This document shows positions 13,055 through 27,566 of a stretch of 64,000 nucleotides of DNA, one piece after another. Both the position numbers and the translations under genes were made by a program. Under the pieces are notes generated by a model, which saw only the letters and a program-made list of their open reading frames with translations, had not been told where the DNA came from and made no database searches. Position 1 is the first letter of the stretch; each line of letters opens with the position of its first letter. Source of the stretch: Octopus vulgaris (lineage: Eukaryota); NCBI GenBank assembly GCA_951406725.2, contig OX597834.1:12648001-12712000 (forward strand), in the 5' to 3' direction.

Positions 13055-14864
13055 TGGATAAATAAATGTTTGGTTTTGACGAATATCGATATCGATACGC
13101 TTAGTTGAAAACAGAATTTGAATGTGACAGTGTTTCAGGTAATGTGAATTTTACATCTGAAACATACCAGACATCAATATTATGCAAGAGAGACAAGTTG
13201 TGTAACCAATTCTTGAAAGCTTAGGAAGCTACAAATAAAACCCAAAGCACACTTAATTCATACATCACTGCCTTACGTAAGTTACAATTTTTTCATTCAC
13301 AAATAGAGGGTTATTCTCTGATAGCCTAACATCAATGATCCCTTGAATAAGAATCATTCTGTGTCAATAAAAATGAAAGAGATCAACGTCGATGTTAGCA
13401 AATTACTGACAGGAAATATTTCACTATTTTCAGGAAATATGAATGCTAAACGAGCTTGGAAAATATTTGTCCCAGAAATATAAAGTAAAAAAAAAAATGC
13501 ATTAGGGCGATATCAGGCGGTTAAATATCACAATTTAGGGGGAAAAAATCCCTTCCGAAATGTGCCAGAAATCAACAATATTAGAGATGCAAGAAATATT
13601 TTCAATGGTTCGTGTTACGTTTATATAAAGCAATGATTAAACAAGAAATGGCCTGCATGCATTTAATTGCCCAACGGGAAATTTAATAAATTTCAAGGAA
13701 ATGTTCGTCTGTAAATTTAATTTCGTTATCTGTTTGAACTCTTTCCTGTTTTCATTCACAAACTAACAGCAAATCTCTATTGCCCTGAAGGAGTTATTTG
13801 GATAGTCGAGAGGAGCCTCTGCATTTCCTCTCCATGGTCAAACAATAATATTGATAAAATAAACACGATTGTTCGTATATTAAGCCTGTTGTGCATCAAA
13901 CAATGTGAAGCGGTAGCTATCAAGTATGGCTTACATTACTATAGAGAATAGTTTTAGCTATGACGTGTTATATATTCTAAATAACTACAGACACAAACAG
14001 AACAATGTAGATTTACTTGCAAAGAGAAATAAATGAAGTCACTGTATTCAGTCAAATAGAATTTTATCCAAAGCCCCAATATTGCGGATTATTAAAATAA
14101 TAACCACGTTATTTTACAACCGGATACAGTATAAACTTTCTTTTCCAATGATATTTTCTGCAAGTCTGTTTTATACAAAAAAGAAAAAAAAAGAAAAGAA
14201 ATGTCTTTGAGAAAAACGTTTGCTCTGAAGTACTGATAGTTGGTAGTGCTGGAAAAAATATATCAAAAGATTTGGAAAATATCAAACAACAGCAAAAGCT
14301 ATCGTAACCCGTCAATAAAATGCAAATAGGAGTATAAAAGAACCAGAAGGAAAAAAAAAAGAACAAAATAATTACAAAGAATTACGAAAAGAAAAAACAT
14401 GAATCAATAGAAAAATAATGAAAGAAGGCAAACATTTTTTCAAATTAGAAAACGAAAGTTTGGACTATGATTGTATGAATGTCATGTGATCATTACTTTG
14501 ATGTTCTCTTCGGCACGTGATGATGCATTGATGCAGTTAATGTCAGTAGCCATGCATGAAGTTATCTTTGCAAAATGTTACAAGTTGCGTCCAACGATAT
14601 TTAAGTAGTGAGAGAAAAAATTTGAATTTAGCAACAACACAGAACAGGGTTACATTAGTGAAATCATGGCGAATGAACCAAACCATTTGCAATTTAGCAA
14701 AACCGACTCCCTAAAAAAGAGAAAGTAAAAAAAAAAAACCAAAAAAAAAAACAGAAGAAACATAAATGAATATATAAATAAAACGAAGTATAAAGAAATT
14801 GAATTATAGAAGTAAGCGAAGGGAAATCTAAAACAATCCAACCAAAACTCTAATATTAAAAAGA

Positions 14865-14978
14865 TCAATAATAGCACAACGTTAATAAAAAAAAAATATA
14901 AAACAGCGGGAAAAATATCAAGAGGAGATAACGAAAATAGCATGGTATTACTTGATTTGACCGAGCTAACGGTGAAAC
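14865..14978 (-). CDS. Possible terminal exon encoding a hydrophobic GPI-anchor or TM tail ([37 protein letters not shown])
   Basis: Acceptor ttgtgtcatgttccag|G, 37 open codons then TGA, followed by T-rich UTR-like sequence; no homology recognised. Confidence 0.25.
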   Translation of the reverse strand, partial: VSPLARSNQVIPCYFRYLLLIFFPLFYIFFLLTLCYY

Positions 14979-15239
14979 CTGGAACATGACACAAATTACA
15001 GTTGGCCGCTCTGTAATCCTGTGTCTTTTCACATGGATCTACATAAATGTAAACATAAATATACCTACCTATCTACATACACACACACATGTACACACAC
15101 GCGCACATGCATACATACATAACAAACACACAAAAACACACAAGCACACGCATACATACATACATACACACACATATGTATATAAATACATGTTCATGTA
15201 TACACATATATATAAATATATATGCATACATACATGCGT

Positions 15240-15734
15240 ACATACATATATACATATATATATACCTATATACATATATATATATATATACATATATATA
15301 TACATATATACATATATATACATATATACATATATATACATATATACATATATATACATATATACATATATACATATATATACATATATATATACACATA
15401 TACATATATATATACATATATATATACATATATATACATATATATATACATATATACATATATATATACACATATACATATATATACATATATATATATA
15501 CATATATACATATACATATATACATATATATATACATATATATATACATATATACATATATATATACATATATACACATATATATACAGACATATATATA
15601 TATACATATATACACACATATATACATATATATATACAGATATATATATATATACATATATACACATATATATATATATACATATATACACACATATATA
15701 TATATATACATATATACACACATATATATATATA

Positions 15735-15800
<66 letters not shown>

Positions 15801-15848
15801 AGTGCATGAATGTGTATATATGTCATTATGTATGTACGAATGTACATC

Positions 15849-15887
<39 letters not shown>

Positions 15888-15919
15888 GTATATATGTATT
15901 TGTATATATGTATATATAC

Positions 15920-15950
<31 letters not shown>
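15240..15950 (+). repeat. (TA)/(TACATA) compound microsatellite
   Basis: Directly visible. Confidence 0.95.
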
Positions 15951-15951
<1 letters not shown>

Positions 15952-18900
15952 GAGTGTCTATGTACATGCATAGGTATGCGTGTATATGCGTATGTGAATG
16001 AGTTTTAGAGACTTCTAACTGTCTACGGAACGTGAGCAGAAATATGCAATAGTTAATTAGGTAAATTATTTTATATACATGTACTTGAGCGTTTATCTAT
16101 GTCGCAATCTAACTTTCACTCTATGTGTTTATTTATTTAATTATCTACTTTTTCTTCGTATCTATATCTCTAACCATTCGGTTCACCCATCATCCATATA
16201 CATGTATATACATAAGTATATATATATATTTAAAAGTACTTTTATTCTTTCACATGATTCACTCTGCAATTTATCGACATCCTCTACACCTATATACAAG
16301 CGTGCCAACTCATGCACACAGCCATACAAATGTTGATAAATGTATAAATCTGAATGTATATATGCAATTATTTTACGTGGACGTTTGTATCTTTCTATAT
16401 ATAAATATATATTCGGCAAAAAGAAAATGGTGGGGATATAAAAATACCTATCCACCACTGGATAACGTAAGATTAATCTTGGAAGGCAACACTTGAAGTC
16501 TATGACTTACTTCACCTTCCCATACCTAATCCATTTCACTAAATTTTACTCCTTTCACACTCTAAGGCTTGATCCTATTCTTCCTATGCCCTCCTTAATA
16601 AAAAAAATATATATATACTGCACCTATAAGTAACTGACTCTTGTATGTATCGGTTCTCCTGACCATTTAGACCCTATGATGAAGCCTAGAGGCACACTCA
16701 ACATCCAAACTCTATCTACTCATCCCTACAGAACACTAAGGTGATGGAGGATATCGTGGCATCTTGGCAGAAACGGCCGTAAGGAAGTGATCTTTTAATA
16801 TTTTACTCTTTTATGTATTACTAGTACATATTTGTGTAGCACGCAGTCTTTGAATGTGCATGTATTCTTATAACACTCTCTTCTGTTTTGGAATAAATAG
16901 ACATCATAGAATGTCTACCGGCAGATGTACGTTATTTTCGTACCCCTCCTTTTTTGTTTTTGCCGTATTAATTAAAGGTAAACCACTTTTTACCCCCGCT
17001 CATATATGACACTCGATTGCGAAATTGCCACGCAACAACCAGCACTAGGTTATTAATATGTATATAATAGTGACACAGCAAGACACCAATGATTGCAAGA
17101 AATAGCGGTCGATAACCACACGATGTTATGTAAAGCTCCATTGAAAGTATAGAGGCAAAGATGTGTACGGGCAGCAAAACTAGAAACATTTTCGTTTTAC
17201 CCCTAGGAAGAACGCCGGATAAATGGACAACATAGAATTTATAAACTAGTACTCGAATTTTGGACGTTGCAGAATACGTTTGTTGGCGTAAATCTGATTA
17301 GTCTTCTTCAATGGCATATAAAAGGCATGTTTTATGTTTGTTAAAATTGCTCAAATGTGCAATTAATATAGAAATATCGTTGTCTCTGCTTTTACTTTCT
17401 CTTTTACTTGCTTCAGTCATTGAACAGCAGTCAATCCCGGTACACTTTAAAAGCTGGTCCTAATTCTGTCGGTGAGTTTTGCAGAACCTCTAAGCTGCGG
17501 AGACATAAAGACATCAACACCAGCTCTGAAGCGGTGGCGGGGGGAACGTCACATATAGAAACACGCACACAATGATAAGTAAATAAATATGTGTGTGTAT
17601 GTATGTAAAGATGCTGAATTAAAATTCCTCTTTTAATTTGGAGGATTCCAAAACGATTTCTAATATAGATTCTTCACATTTTGCTGGTAGCTTAATGGTG
17701 AAAGTTTGCAAATATTGGAATTATACTTGTATATGTTGTGTTGTGAATTTATGGAAAGGAATCACACAAACTCGACAAATTTGTTATAAAGGAAGAAAAG
17801 TTGTTAAAATTTAAGAGAATTTGAATTCATGCAATCGGTCATTTCGAACAGGCAAATTTATGGCATTGAATAGAAATAATTAAATTAATCAAATTTATTT
17901 AATTTTATACCGCTGTACACATCAGTGCAAGAAATATAAACAATTTTTGTCTTACATGGGACTTGAGAAAGGATAGAGCAGAGTGGGATTTCGGAGATTC
18001 ATATTTATCCTGAGACAGAAAGAAGTGCGTGTCCAGTTAGGTATTAACTGAAACTAAACGCTATAAAGTTTATTTGAAAATATAAGTGAAAGAGGTTTTA
18101 GAGACCTTCCCTCTATAGATGAGTAAGGAGATTAGTAATTCATACTCCAAAGAAGTCGCGTAGCGTAAAAGTTGTAAAGAAATGTGCAGTGGGAAGGCAT
18201 GGCTGTATCTGAATTGAGATATGACATTACATTTAAAAACAATTCTGAGTGTGGTGTATATTTAAAAAAAATATACATGAGAATAAAGTTAATATAGAGG
18301 AGTTGGGGTATAAAGGGCGGATGTATTGTTAACGTAAACAAGTATTATAGAAAAAGTTAATGAGAGAATAATCTGCGTTTGCATAAGAACAGATATTCCT
18401 GTGTTTGCATAAGCACTTGTGTTTGCATAAGAACTGCTATTCGTTTGTATTTAATATATAAGGTTGAAAAATAAGTAACAACAAATAACTAGTTTTTAAT
18501 ATTCCAATTTAGATAGAAATAATTGCTGTAGCTCTAACGATGAAAAAAGAGCGCTCAGAAGTTTATTATTATTGGACGTAGGGATACTGAAAAATAACAA
18601 GTCCCTTCATTTTGGGTGACTGTGAACCTGGAAAGTGTTAATTTTAATTTCTCTGTCGGAGAAAGCTATACTCTTTTTAGGAGACGTGTCCCTGTCTCTC
18701 TAATCCATAAAAAAATTTGCTTACATGTTATTAGAATACTTCCCCCTCTTGCCATTTATACATCTGTTGATTAATAGCCTATCAGCACTAGATGCCTTAT
18801 TAATCAACATTGTATGTATTTGAGGTATAATCTCTTTATATTTTTTATTTTCTATGCACACCTTCAATGCATTTTTACATGAAAATAAAAGATATTGTGA

Positions 18901-19339
18901 CATTTTACATACTACACCTATCACTAAAGGTGTTGATTAATATTTTGGTGATCAAGAGTATATGTAGTTCGTTATATTTAATCGTAAAACCCAATTTTTG
19001 GAGGATAGGATATTTAATAACAAATATGTAAGGGAATGGCTGTCGTTCATTTTATGGTAGGAGGAAAGTTAATAGTGTTTACATGGGATAGGTGTCAAGC
19101 GGATTATTGCAAGGTGTTAAAATTATTCTTTTCTGCATATAGTTGCCGATTTCATTTTATATCGTTTTATTTGATTATGCTTGATTCGGAATTCTTAGGA
19201 TGAATCTCAGGTATCAAAATTGCATTTATGTTCTTCATAATTACTTAAGTTTACAGCACCATGATGTCTCCTCTGTCTTTATTGACAAAGATGGCGTCTC
19301 GGTTTCTGTTCTCAACATTTAGAAATTGATTAAGACTTC

Positions 19340-19765
19340 AAACTGGCAGAATGGTTACAGCGCCGGCAAAATGTTTAGCGGCATTCTGTCCGTCTCTTTA
19401 CGTTCTGCGTTCAAACGATGTCGAGATCGACTTTCACTTTCATTCTTTCGAGGTCGAAAAAACTGGGGTCGATGTATTCGACTACCACTGTCCCCCCAAA
19501 ATGTCAGGCTTTGTGCCTATATTAGAAAGGAATATACACAAATTCTGAGGTGGTTAATCTGGCAGAATGGTATTTTAAGGCCACACAAAACGCTCAGCGG
19601 CTTTTTGTCCTACTTTTCCTTCTGATTTCAAATTCGTCCGAGGTGGACTTTACCTCTCATCTTTTCAGGGTCCATAAAATATGCACCCGTTATTCACCGA
19701 GGGTCGATGTAACTGACTAACCTCTCCTCAAAAATTGCTGGCTTTGAGCCGAATTTTGAAACCAT
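19340..19765 (+). mobile_element. Two adjacent diverged family C SINEs
   Basis: CTGGCAGAAT heads at ~19342 and ~19559, each followed by the central domain. Confidence 0.6.
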
Positions 19766-20056
19766 TTGAAAGTTTATTATGTGCGCTTTTCATTTGGCAG
19801 TAGCATTGCTTTGTTGTGTAATATTTTGCTGTGGTTCATTTTGCATTCATTCATTTCTGCTTTCTTCTGCTCTTACCAATATTTTGCTCCATTTTCAATG
19901 TTTACATATTGTGTTTGGAAATATTTGCTGGATGTCGCTGTCCAAAAGCTTGAACAATATGTTCAATATTTTTGAAGATATTCATCTCGAAAATTTCCTG
20001 TTGGATAGCTCTCTTTTATTTACAATGCTTTCTCATAAAGCACACACATACGCACG

Positions 20057-20458
20057 ACTCTTTTACTTGTTTCAGTCATTTGACTGCGGCCATGCTGGGG
20101 CACCGCCTGTAGTCGAGCAAATCGACCCCGAGACTTATTCTTTGTAAGCCCAGTACTTATTCTATCGGTCTCTTTTGCCGAACCGCTAAGTGACGGGGGC
20201 GTACACACACCAGCATTGGTTGTCAAGCAATGCTAGGGGGACAAACACAGACACACAAATGCATACACATACATACATATATATATACATATATACGACA
20301 GGCTTCTTTCAGTTTCAGTCTACCAAATCCACTCACAAGGCATTGGTCGGCCCGGGGCTATAGCAGAATACACTTGCCCAATATGCCACGCAGAGGGAGT
20401 GAACCCCGAACCATGTGGTTTGTTAGCAAGCTACTTACCACACAGCCACTCCTGCGCC
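20057..20458 (-). mobile_element. SINE family A, full length
   Basis: Reverse-complement copy. Confidence 0.85.
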
Positions 20459-21814
20459 TATGTACTGTGTATATGTACAAGTTATTGTATATATGTGTGC
20501 ATGTAAAAGTTACCTTCTAATTATTTCAGTATTTGTTTTTCTCTAGACCGAGTTGGTTTGTCACAAAGATAAAAATTAACACCAGATTATATATCAATAA
20601 CAATGATTAAATGTAACAAGTTGATCCTGAAGAAAATATTCCATTACTATTGTTTTTAATTGCAGATTGTGCTTTCAATCTATTTGTTAACTGCTTGTTA
20701 TCTCTCTGTCCGAGATCCCCAGTTTTCCGAGACTCCTACCCCAGTCACGGTTCTGGTAAAAAAAAAACAAATATTAATCCGAGTTGAATACAATCCAAAA
20801 AAACTAATCTGAGTAGAATACAATAAATTTAATGTTGTCGCTGTCGCATACCCTCATCCTCACTGAATTTAAGGCTCACCGACATATATATGCAGACCGC
20901 TCACGTATACACAAGTACATTAATTTACTCTTCTGTTCCTAATATCAATATGAAACCTTTGAAATTTGCACATAGAGCTTGGGATGAGAATGGTGCAGTA
21001 AGTTCTATTGTGTTGGAATATTTGCATCAATTGTCCTACAATAGTTAGAGCCTGATGACACTGAACATTTTGTATACGAAACCATTATCTTATTTCTGAA
21101 GGTAGTTATATGCCGATACTTTTAGACGTGTGCTGTTCACATTAGCAATATATCGGTTGCAAGTTTTGGCACAAGTCCTTTCTTATCAACTGATAATACA
21201 TTACTGATCCCGAAGGATGAAAGGCAAGGTCGACCTTGGTGGAATTTGAACTTAGAACGTGAAGACGGACGGGATGCAGTTTGCCTCCTCAGCTAGATTG
21301 CCTCCTCAGTTCACATTTGTAATATCAACCACAATTAAAAGTGTTTCTGGATCTTTCAATAGCAGCATTTAATGTATGAACTATTTATCAGAAGAGCTGT
21401 AAGGCAAGCAATTACGAATGAGGAAAAGATTCGATCTCATTACTGTAATTAAGATACGCTATTATAAATTTGTTGTTCATCAGCTATATAATATCATACA
21501 AAGAATAAGGCATTTTTAGTCGTACCTTCTTGTAGCTCTCTTTTAGATTTCAGTATTCATAAACTTTCAAAAAATTGTCATCTTCAAAACTTCCTATCCT
21601 ATTTCATATTCTCCACATAGTAAAGAGAATCATACGGATGCATAACTTTTAAATGCTGTATAGTGGTCCTTCCACATGATCACAACTCAAGCAATTTTAG
21701 AGTCGTATGCAACCTCATCGGTATGTGCATAGTCCTGGTGAAATAATGTCGCACACTTTCGCTTTTGCGCACTTGATTAACGTTCGTGTTTTTTTTACAG
21801 ACGTTGGTTAGCAG

Positions 21815-22190
21815 ATACCTATTTGTTTACTACCCACAAGGGGCTAAACACAGAGGGGAAACACAGAGGGGAAAAACAAGGACAGACAAACGGATTAATT
21901 CGATTAAAGGCAAAGTCGACCTCGGCGGTATTTGAACTCAGAACGTAACGGCAGACGAAATACCTATTTCTTTACTACCCACAATGCGCTAAACACAGAG
22001 GGGACAAACAAGGACAGAGAAACGGATTAATTCGAGTACATCGACCCCCAGTGCGTAACGGATACTTAATTTATCGACTCCTAAAGGATGAAATGTAAAG
22101 TCGACCTCGGCGGTATGTGAACTCAGAACGTAACGGCAGACGAAATACGGCTTTGCATTTCGCCCGGCGTGCTAACGTTTCTGCCAGCTC
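21815..22190 (-). mobile_element. SINE family C multimer
   Basis: Head at ~22190, body repeated twice. Confidence 0.8.
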
Positions 22191-22697
22191 GCAGTGTATG
22201 GTTAGCAGATACCGTTGGAAAGATACAATCATTTGAGACTAAAATTTTGTCTGTGAATATCTCCATCTTCTTCCTACGTGATTTCTCCTGAGATCGATAC
22301 GACTTTTCAGTATCGTTATTTCTAAGGAAATCCCCTGTTACTATCATGAATTGTGAGTTTTATCTGTTATGAGGTAGACTTACAGTACGTAACGAATGTT
22401 GCTATTAATGCTAGTCCGGTATATATCGTCTTCTTATGAAAAGAATATGCTGCTATATAAAGGATATTTATTATCAATTTCTTTCATACTCTAAAATGTC
22501 ATATTTGCAACTTATATTTTCATTAGTAGCAAGGTAGTCGTAGCAGATGTTGAGTAGTAAAATCGGTTTAACTGGACCTTCAGAGAATATTCATTTCGGA
22601 AACTATAATGCATGTGGTTTTGATAAAACATGACTCTATACGAGCAGAAATGGTTTGTGTTAGGTTTGCTCTTTCTCATAATTGTAATTATTTCTCT

Positions 22698-22810
22698 GTC
22701 AGGATGGCCGAGCGGTCTAAGGCACCAGACTCAAGGTGTATTACCTTAACCAGAACATAGAGTATTCTGGTACACGAATATGGGCGTGGATTCGAATCCC
22801 ACTTCCGACA
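22698..22810 (+). tRNA. tRNA-Leu(CAA) with 29-nt intron (22736-22764); possibly a pseudogene
   Basis: GTCAGGATGGCCGAGCGGTCTAAGGC-CCAGA-CT-CAA-G [intron] TTCTGG...TTCGAATCCCACTTCCGACA; TTTT at 22817-22820; A:C mismatches in acceptor stem and T-stem. Confidence 0.85.
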
Positions 22811-22821
22811 AAAAGATTTTA

Positions 22822-22983
22822 TGCGTAGGAGTGGCTGTGTGGTAAGTAGCTTGCTTACCAACCACATGGTTCTGGGTTCAGTCCCACTGCGTGGCACTTT
22901 GGTCAAGTGTCTTCTACCTTAGCCTCGGGCCGACCAAAACCTTGTAATTGCATTTGGTAGACGGAAACTGAAAGTAACCCGTC

Positions 22984-23047
<64 letters not shown>

Positions 23048-23254
23048 ATACGTTTGTGCGTCTTTGTTCCCCCAACGTCGCTTGACAACCGATGCTGGTG
23101 TGTTTACGTCCCCGTCACTTAGCGGTTCGGCAAAAAGAGACCGATAGAATAAATACTAGGCTTACAGAGAATAAGTCCTGGGGGTCGATGTGCTCGGCTA
23201 AAGGCGGTGCTGCAGCATGGCCGCAGTCAAAATGACTGAAACAAGCAAAAGAGT
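22822..23254 (+). mobile_element. SINE family A, full length
   Basis: Starts right after the tRNA terminator. Confidence 0.85.
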
Positions 23255-23361
23255 ATACGTTATTAAGACGTGAAAAATGTAGTTATATATAACGTCTTTT
23301 TGCACTTTTAGTACTTACTAATATAGTTTTACGAATGTTACAAAAAAATTAATTAATTAAA

Positions 23362-23748
23362 TCTCTATATATAAAACTGTCTTTATATATAAAAGTGAAG
23401 TTGTGTGTCTGTCTCCCACGATTTAGATTCCTAACTACACCCACATTTCGCGGTGCAGTTTAAGCAAAACCGGGTATCTTATAGTCATGATTCATATCAA
23501 GCCCTTCTGGGTATTAGCGGGCGTCTGCAATGAGTCTACGATTTAAAAAAAAAAATTTACCATCATTTTTTTCCATTTTAATGCATTTTTTTCGCTATTA
23601 CATAAGGGAAGTAACTCTCTAAAAATGTCTGCGATGAGTCAACGATTTAAAAAAAATTTACCATCATTTTTTTCCCATTTTTAATGCATTTTTTTTGCTA
23701 TCTTTTGGTTCCCTTACAAACCCGAGCAACGCCGGGCGATACTGCTAG
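23362..23748 (+). mobile_element. Non-autonomous Helitron with two 5' TC ends and an internal duplication
   Basis: TC starts at 23362 and 23380; same hairpin and CTAG|T end as the 12669 copy. Confidence 0.8.
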
Positions 23749-24304
23749 TAATTAATAAAATGAATACCGACTTAGCGCCAGAAATACAAAGAAGCAGTGG
23801 GAAGCAGTTTCATCAGATTTCATCATTGGAATGATGTATATATAATACCATCAAACATTTTCTTTTCAGATACAACTTTGAATATTGTGGCCAAAGAGAG
23901 GTTGAAGAACTTTAAGCAAATCTAGACGAATTATGAATTGCATTGTGTTACATAGCCCAGAGATTGATGTTATTTATGAAGTCAGTAGAGTTCCTATTAA
24001 TTTCAATAATCATTGCAAGAATAACTCTCTATCAGGAAAAATCTGGTTTGTAATCCTATCAGCATAATGATAAATTGACTTGGGAAAAGTGTTTCAGATA
24101 TGTACACAGGATGTATGCCAGTTAGTGATCTAAGCTAAATGAAAGCTACACAGTTCCCCAGAAAGATTTTCAATCGCACATTTGATTGTGTATGCTATTG
24201 TTGGCGGTGACTTGCGATTGCATGCTTGCGTTTGTATTTCAATGCGTGGATTCTAATATTCCATTAATTCAGTGTTATGCATGACGGTTGAACTGGTATA
24301 TATA

Positions 24305-24818
24305 TTTCTTTATTACCCACAAGGGGCTAAACACAGAGAGGACAAACAAGGACAGACAAACGAATTAAGTCGATTACATCGACCTCAGTGCGTAACTGGT
24401 ACTTAATTTATCGACCCCGAAAGGATGAAAGGCAAAGTCGACCTCGGCGGAATTTGAACTCGGAACGTAACCGACAGACGACATACGGCTACGAATTTCG
24501 CCCGGCGTGCTAAAGTTTCTACAAGCTCGCCGCCTTGCTCGGCGGAATTTGAACTCGGAGCGTAATGACAGACGAAATACGGCTACGAATTTCGCCCGGC
24601 GTGCTAACGCTTCTACCAGCTCGCAGCCTTGCTCGGCGGAATTTGAACTCGGAACGTAATGACAGACGAAATACGGCTACGAATTTCGCCCGGCGTGCTA
24701 ACGCTTCTACCAGCTCGCCGCCTTGCTCGGCGGAATTTGAACTCGGAACGTAACGACAGACGAAATACGGCTACGAATTTCGCCCGGCGTGCTAACGTTT
24801 CTACCAGCTCGCCGCCTT
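24305..24818 (-). mobile_element. SINE family C with four tandem copies (94-95 bp) of the tRNA-derived head
   Basis: AATTTGAACTC at 24451, 24546, 24640, 24734. Confidence 0.85.
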
Positions 24819-25522
24819 GTGGTATATAACAGGATGTATGTTTTCTTATGTTTAACATTATTAAAATTCAAGACATTATTGGTTTTTGTCCTTTTAACTA
24901 TTCTACGGATACAAAGCCTATTTTCTACGCTTTTAAAAAGAGAGTGGAATCCAAAATTTCATTAATATTTCTGGGGTTTGATATCTGTTTGCATGGACTT
25001 AACGATTGCTGATACTATATACAAAGAGAAAAGTGAAAATAATCGAAGGATTCTATATCAGAATCTCATATGCTGTCAGGAGTGCATGATAATAATTGTA
25101 TGGGAATATCTAACGTTGTAGAAAGGCTTCCTTAGAACTTGAAGATTTCATTTGTGCAGCGAATTACAAGAGCATGCTTCCAAAGTTCTGTTACAGGGTT
25201 TCAGAGATAAGCGAAAGAATTGATAGCTAAGCAGACATACATTATATTTATTGGCCGTTATTTCAACAATGGCGGATTATATCAAATATCGCCAAATTTG
25301 CATCCACATCTTTCATATGCCCTTGATCTCACTTGAAAGGTGAAAGCTATTTGAACATCGGAAGGGAATAAAATGATAGCTACGCCATGTGTATGAGAAT
25401 CATAATCAACCGTTCGTTATTGAACTTAACAATATTTAATTGCAAATGAGCCGATGTAGAGAAAACAATTGTCATTGATCTTAACAGAAAATAATACAAC
25501 TTCGATTGTATATATTTCACAA

Positions 25523-26045
25523 TATGATAATAATAATAATAATGATGATGATGATAACGATAATAATAATATTAATAATAATGATAATGATAATAATAAT
25601 AATAATGATAATAATAATGATAATAATAATAATGATAATAATAATGATAATAATAATAATAATGATAATAATAATATTAATAATAATAATGATATTAATA
25701 ATAATAATAATGATAATAATAATAATAATGATAATAATAATGACAATAATTATAATAATAATGATCATAATAATAATAATAATAATAATGATAATAATGA
25801 TAATAATAGTTATGATGTTGATGATAATAATGATAATGATAATAATAATGATAATAATAATAATGATAATAATAACAATAATAATAATGATAATAATAAT
25901 AACAATAATAATAATGATAATAATAATAACAATAACAGTAAGAACAACAATAATAATAATAATAATAGTAATAATAATAATAATAATAACAATAACAATA
26001 ATAATAATAATAATAATGGTGATGATAATAGTAATAATAATAATA
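25523..26045 (+). repeat. (AAT)n/(GAT)n/(AAC)n trinucleotide tract
   Basis: Directly visible. Confidence 0.97.
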
Positions 26046-26635
26046 GAGAAACATATTTCAAAGAAATATAATATTTCAAAGGAACATAATATCTCATTGA
26101 TGTTTTAACATTAACAGCAAGCCTTGTGTCTCTTTAGCAAAGTTTTATCAGTTGCACGTGTTTGAGCCTTGTTTCCATTGTCAGGATAAGTCCTCTTCTA
26201 TCAGTCTCGGAAGCCGTTTCAAGTGGTGTTACACTTGCTGTATTTCCTCCGGAATAAACATGAAATATACTGATATCTACAGTACCATGAACGTCCGTCT
26301 AAACGTTGAGGGCCATCGAGATATCCTTAAGTTTGACTGATGACTTGCGCCGTGAATTTATTCAAATTGGACAAGAGTTAAACAACGTTAAACATACTCA
26401 CTCATGCGTGTCCATCTTTAATCCATTGGAAAACCAGCTCAAGGAGACCGTGCATGGACAGTAACGCATTGAATGACCGAGTTCTGCTTGACTGATTTTG
26501 TTCTCCATCGTGCAATGTATTACTGCAGCAGCCCTTTAAGTCTGTTGAACCATGAAGGTTTCTTCTGCAGAGTCAACCGGATCTGGTCTTCATATATATA
26601 GCTACGCAAACACCCATAATAATAATTCACCCATA

Positions 26636-27037
26636 GGCACAGGAGAGGCTGTGTGGTAAGTAGCTTGCTAACCAACCACATGGTTCCGGGTTCAGTCCCA
26701 CTGCGTGGCATCTTGGGCAAGTGTCTTCTGCTATAGCTCCGGGCCGACCAATTCCTTTTGAGTGGATCTGGTAGACGGAAACTGAAAGAAGCCTGTCGTA
26801 TATATGTATACGTATATATATGTGTGTTTGTGTGTCTGTGTTTGTCCCCCTAGCATTGATTGACAACCGATGCTGGTGTGTTTACGTCCCCGTCACTTAG
26901 CGGTTCGGCTAAAGACACCGATAGAATAAGCACTGGGCTTACAAAGAATAAGTCCTGGGGTCGATTTGCTCGACTAAAGGCGGTGCTACAGCATGGCCGC
27001 AGTCAAATAACTGAAACAAGTAAAAGAGTAAAAGAGT
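26636..27037 (+). mobile_element. SINE family A, full length
   Basis: Head, CORE-like domain, tail. Confidence 0.85.
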
Positions 27038-27215
27038 ATAATTGTGACCCTGACAGTGACTACTGATCTGCGTTAGAGAGGGTTAGGGAGAAATAATGAT
27101 TAAGAGGTGGTTCGATCCTCTTCAAAAATCGCGATGCTTAAAACTAGGTCCCTCCACGAATCCATGTTGTCAAATATTAACTTAACTGATGCATTTGTTA
27201 GTATTTTACTGGTGC

Positions 27216-27259
<44 letters not shown>

Positions 27260-27420
27260 TAAGTATACATACACACACCTGTATATATATATAACTTTAT
27301 ATATATATATATATATATATACATACATACATAAGTATACATACACACACCTGTATATATATCTGTATGTATATATATATGTGTATATATATATACATAC
27401 ATTAGTATACATACACACAC

Positions 27421-27452
<32 letters not shown>

Positions 27453-27508
27453 GTGTGTGTGTTTGTATATATGATGTATGTATACATAAACGTTCGAATA
27501 TAACTTAC

Positions 27509-27566
27509 TCGTTTACATTCTATTGAAGGTGTCATTACATGGTGATATTTCCAGATATACGCATAG
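27509..27566 (-). CDS. Possible 58-nt internal exon (YAYIWKYHHVMTPSIECKR)
   Basis: ttgttgtag| acceptor and |GTAAGT donor; one open frame ending in phase 0, compatible with 14865-14978. Confidence 0.2.

Noticed and set aside
17750-19150. Possible ancient PLE RT remnant on the minus strand
   Set aside because: Motif similarity too weak to call by eye
21048-21092. CTGATGA...GAAAC hammerhead-like spacing
   Set aside because: Stems I, II and III do not pair
25426-26108. Poly-Asn, poly-Ile and poly-Leu ORFs
   Set aside because: Trinucleotide repeat artefacts
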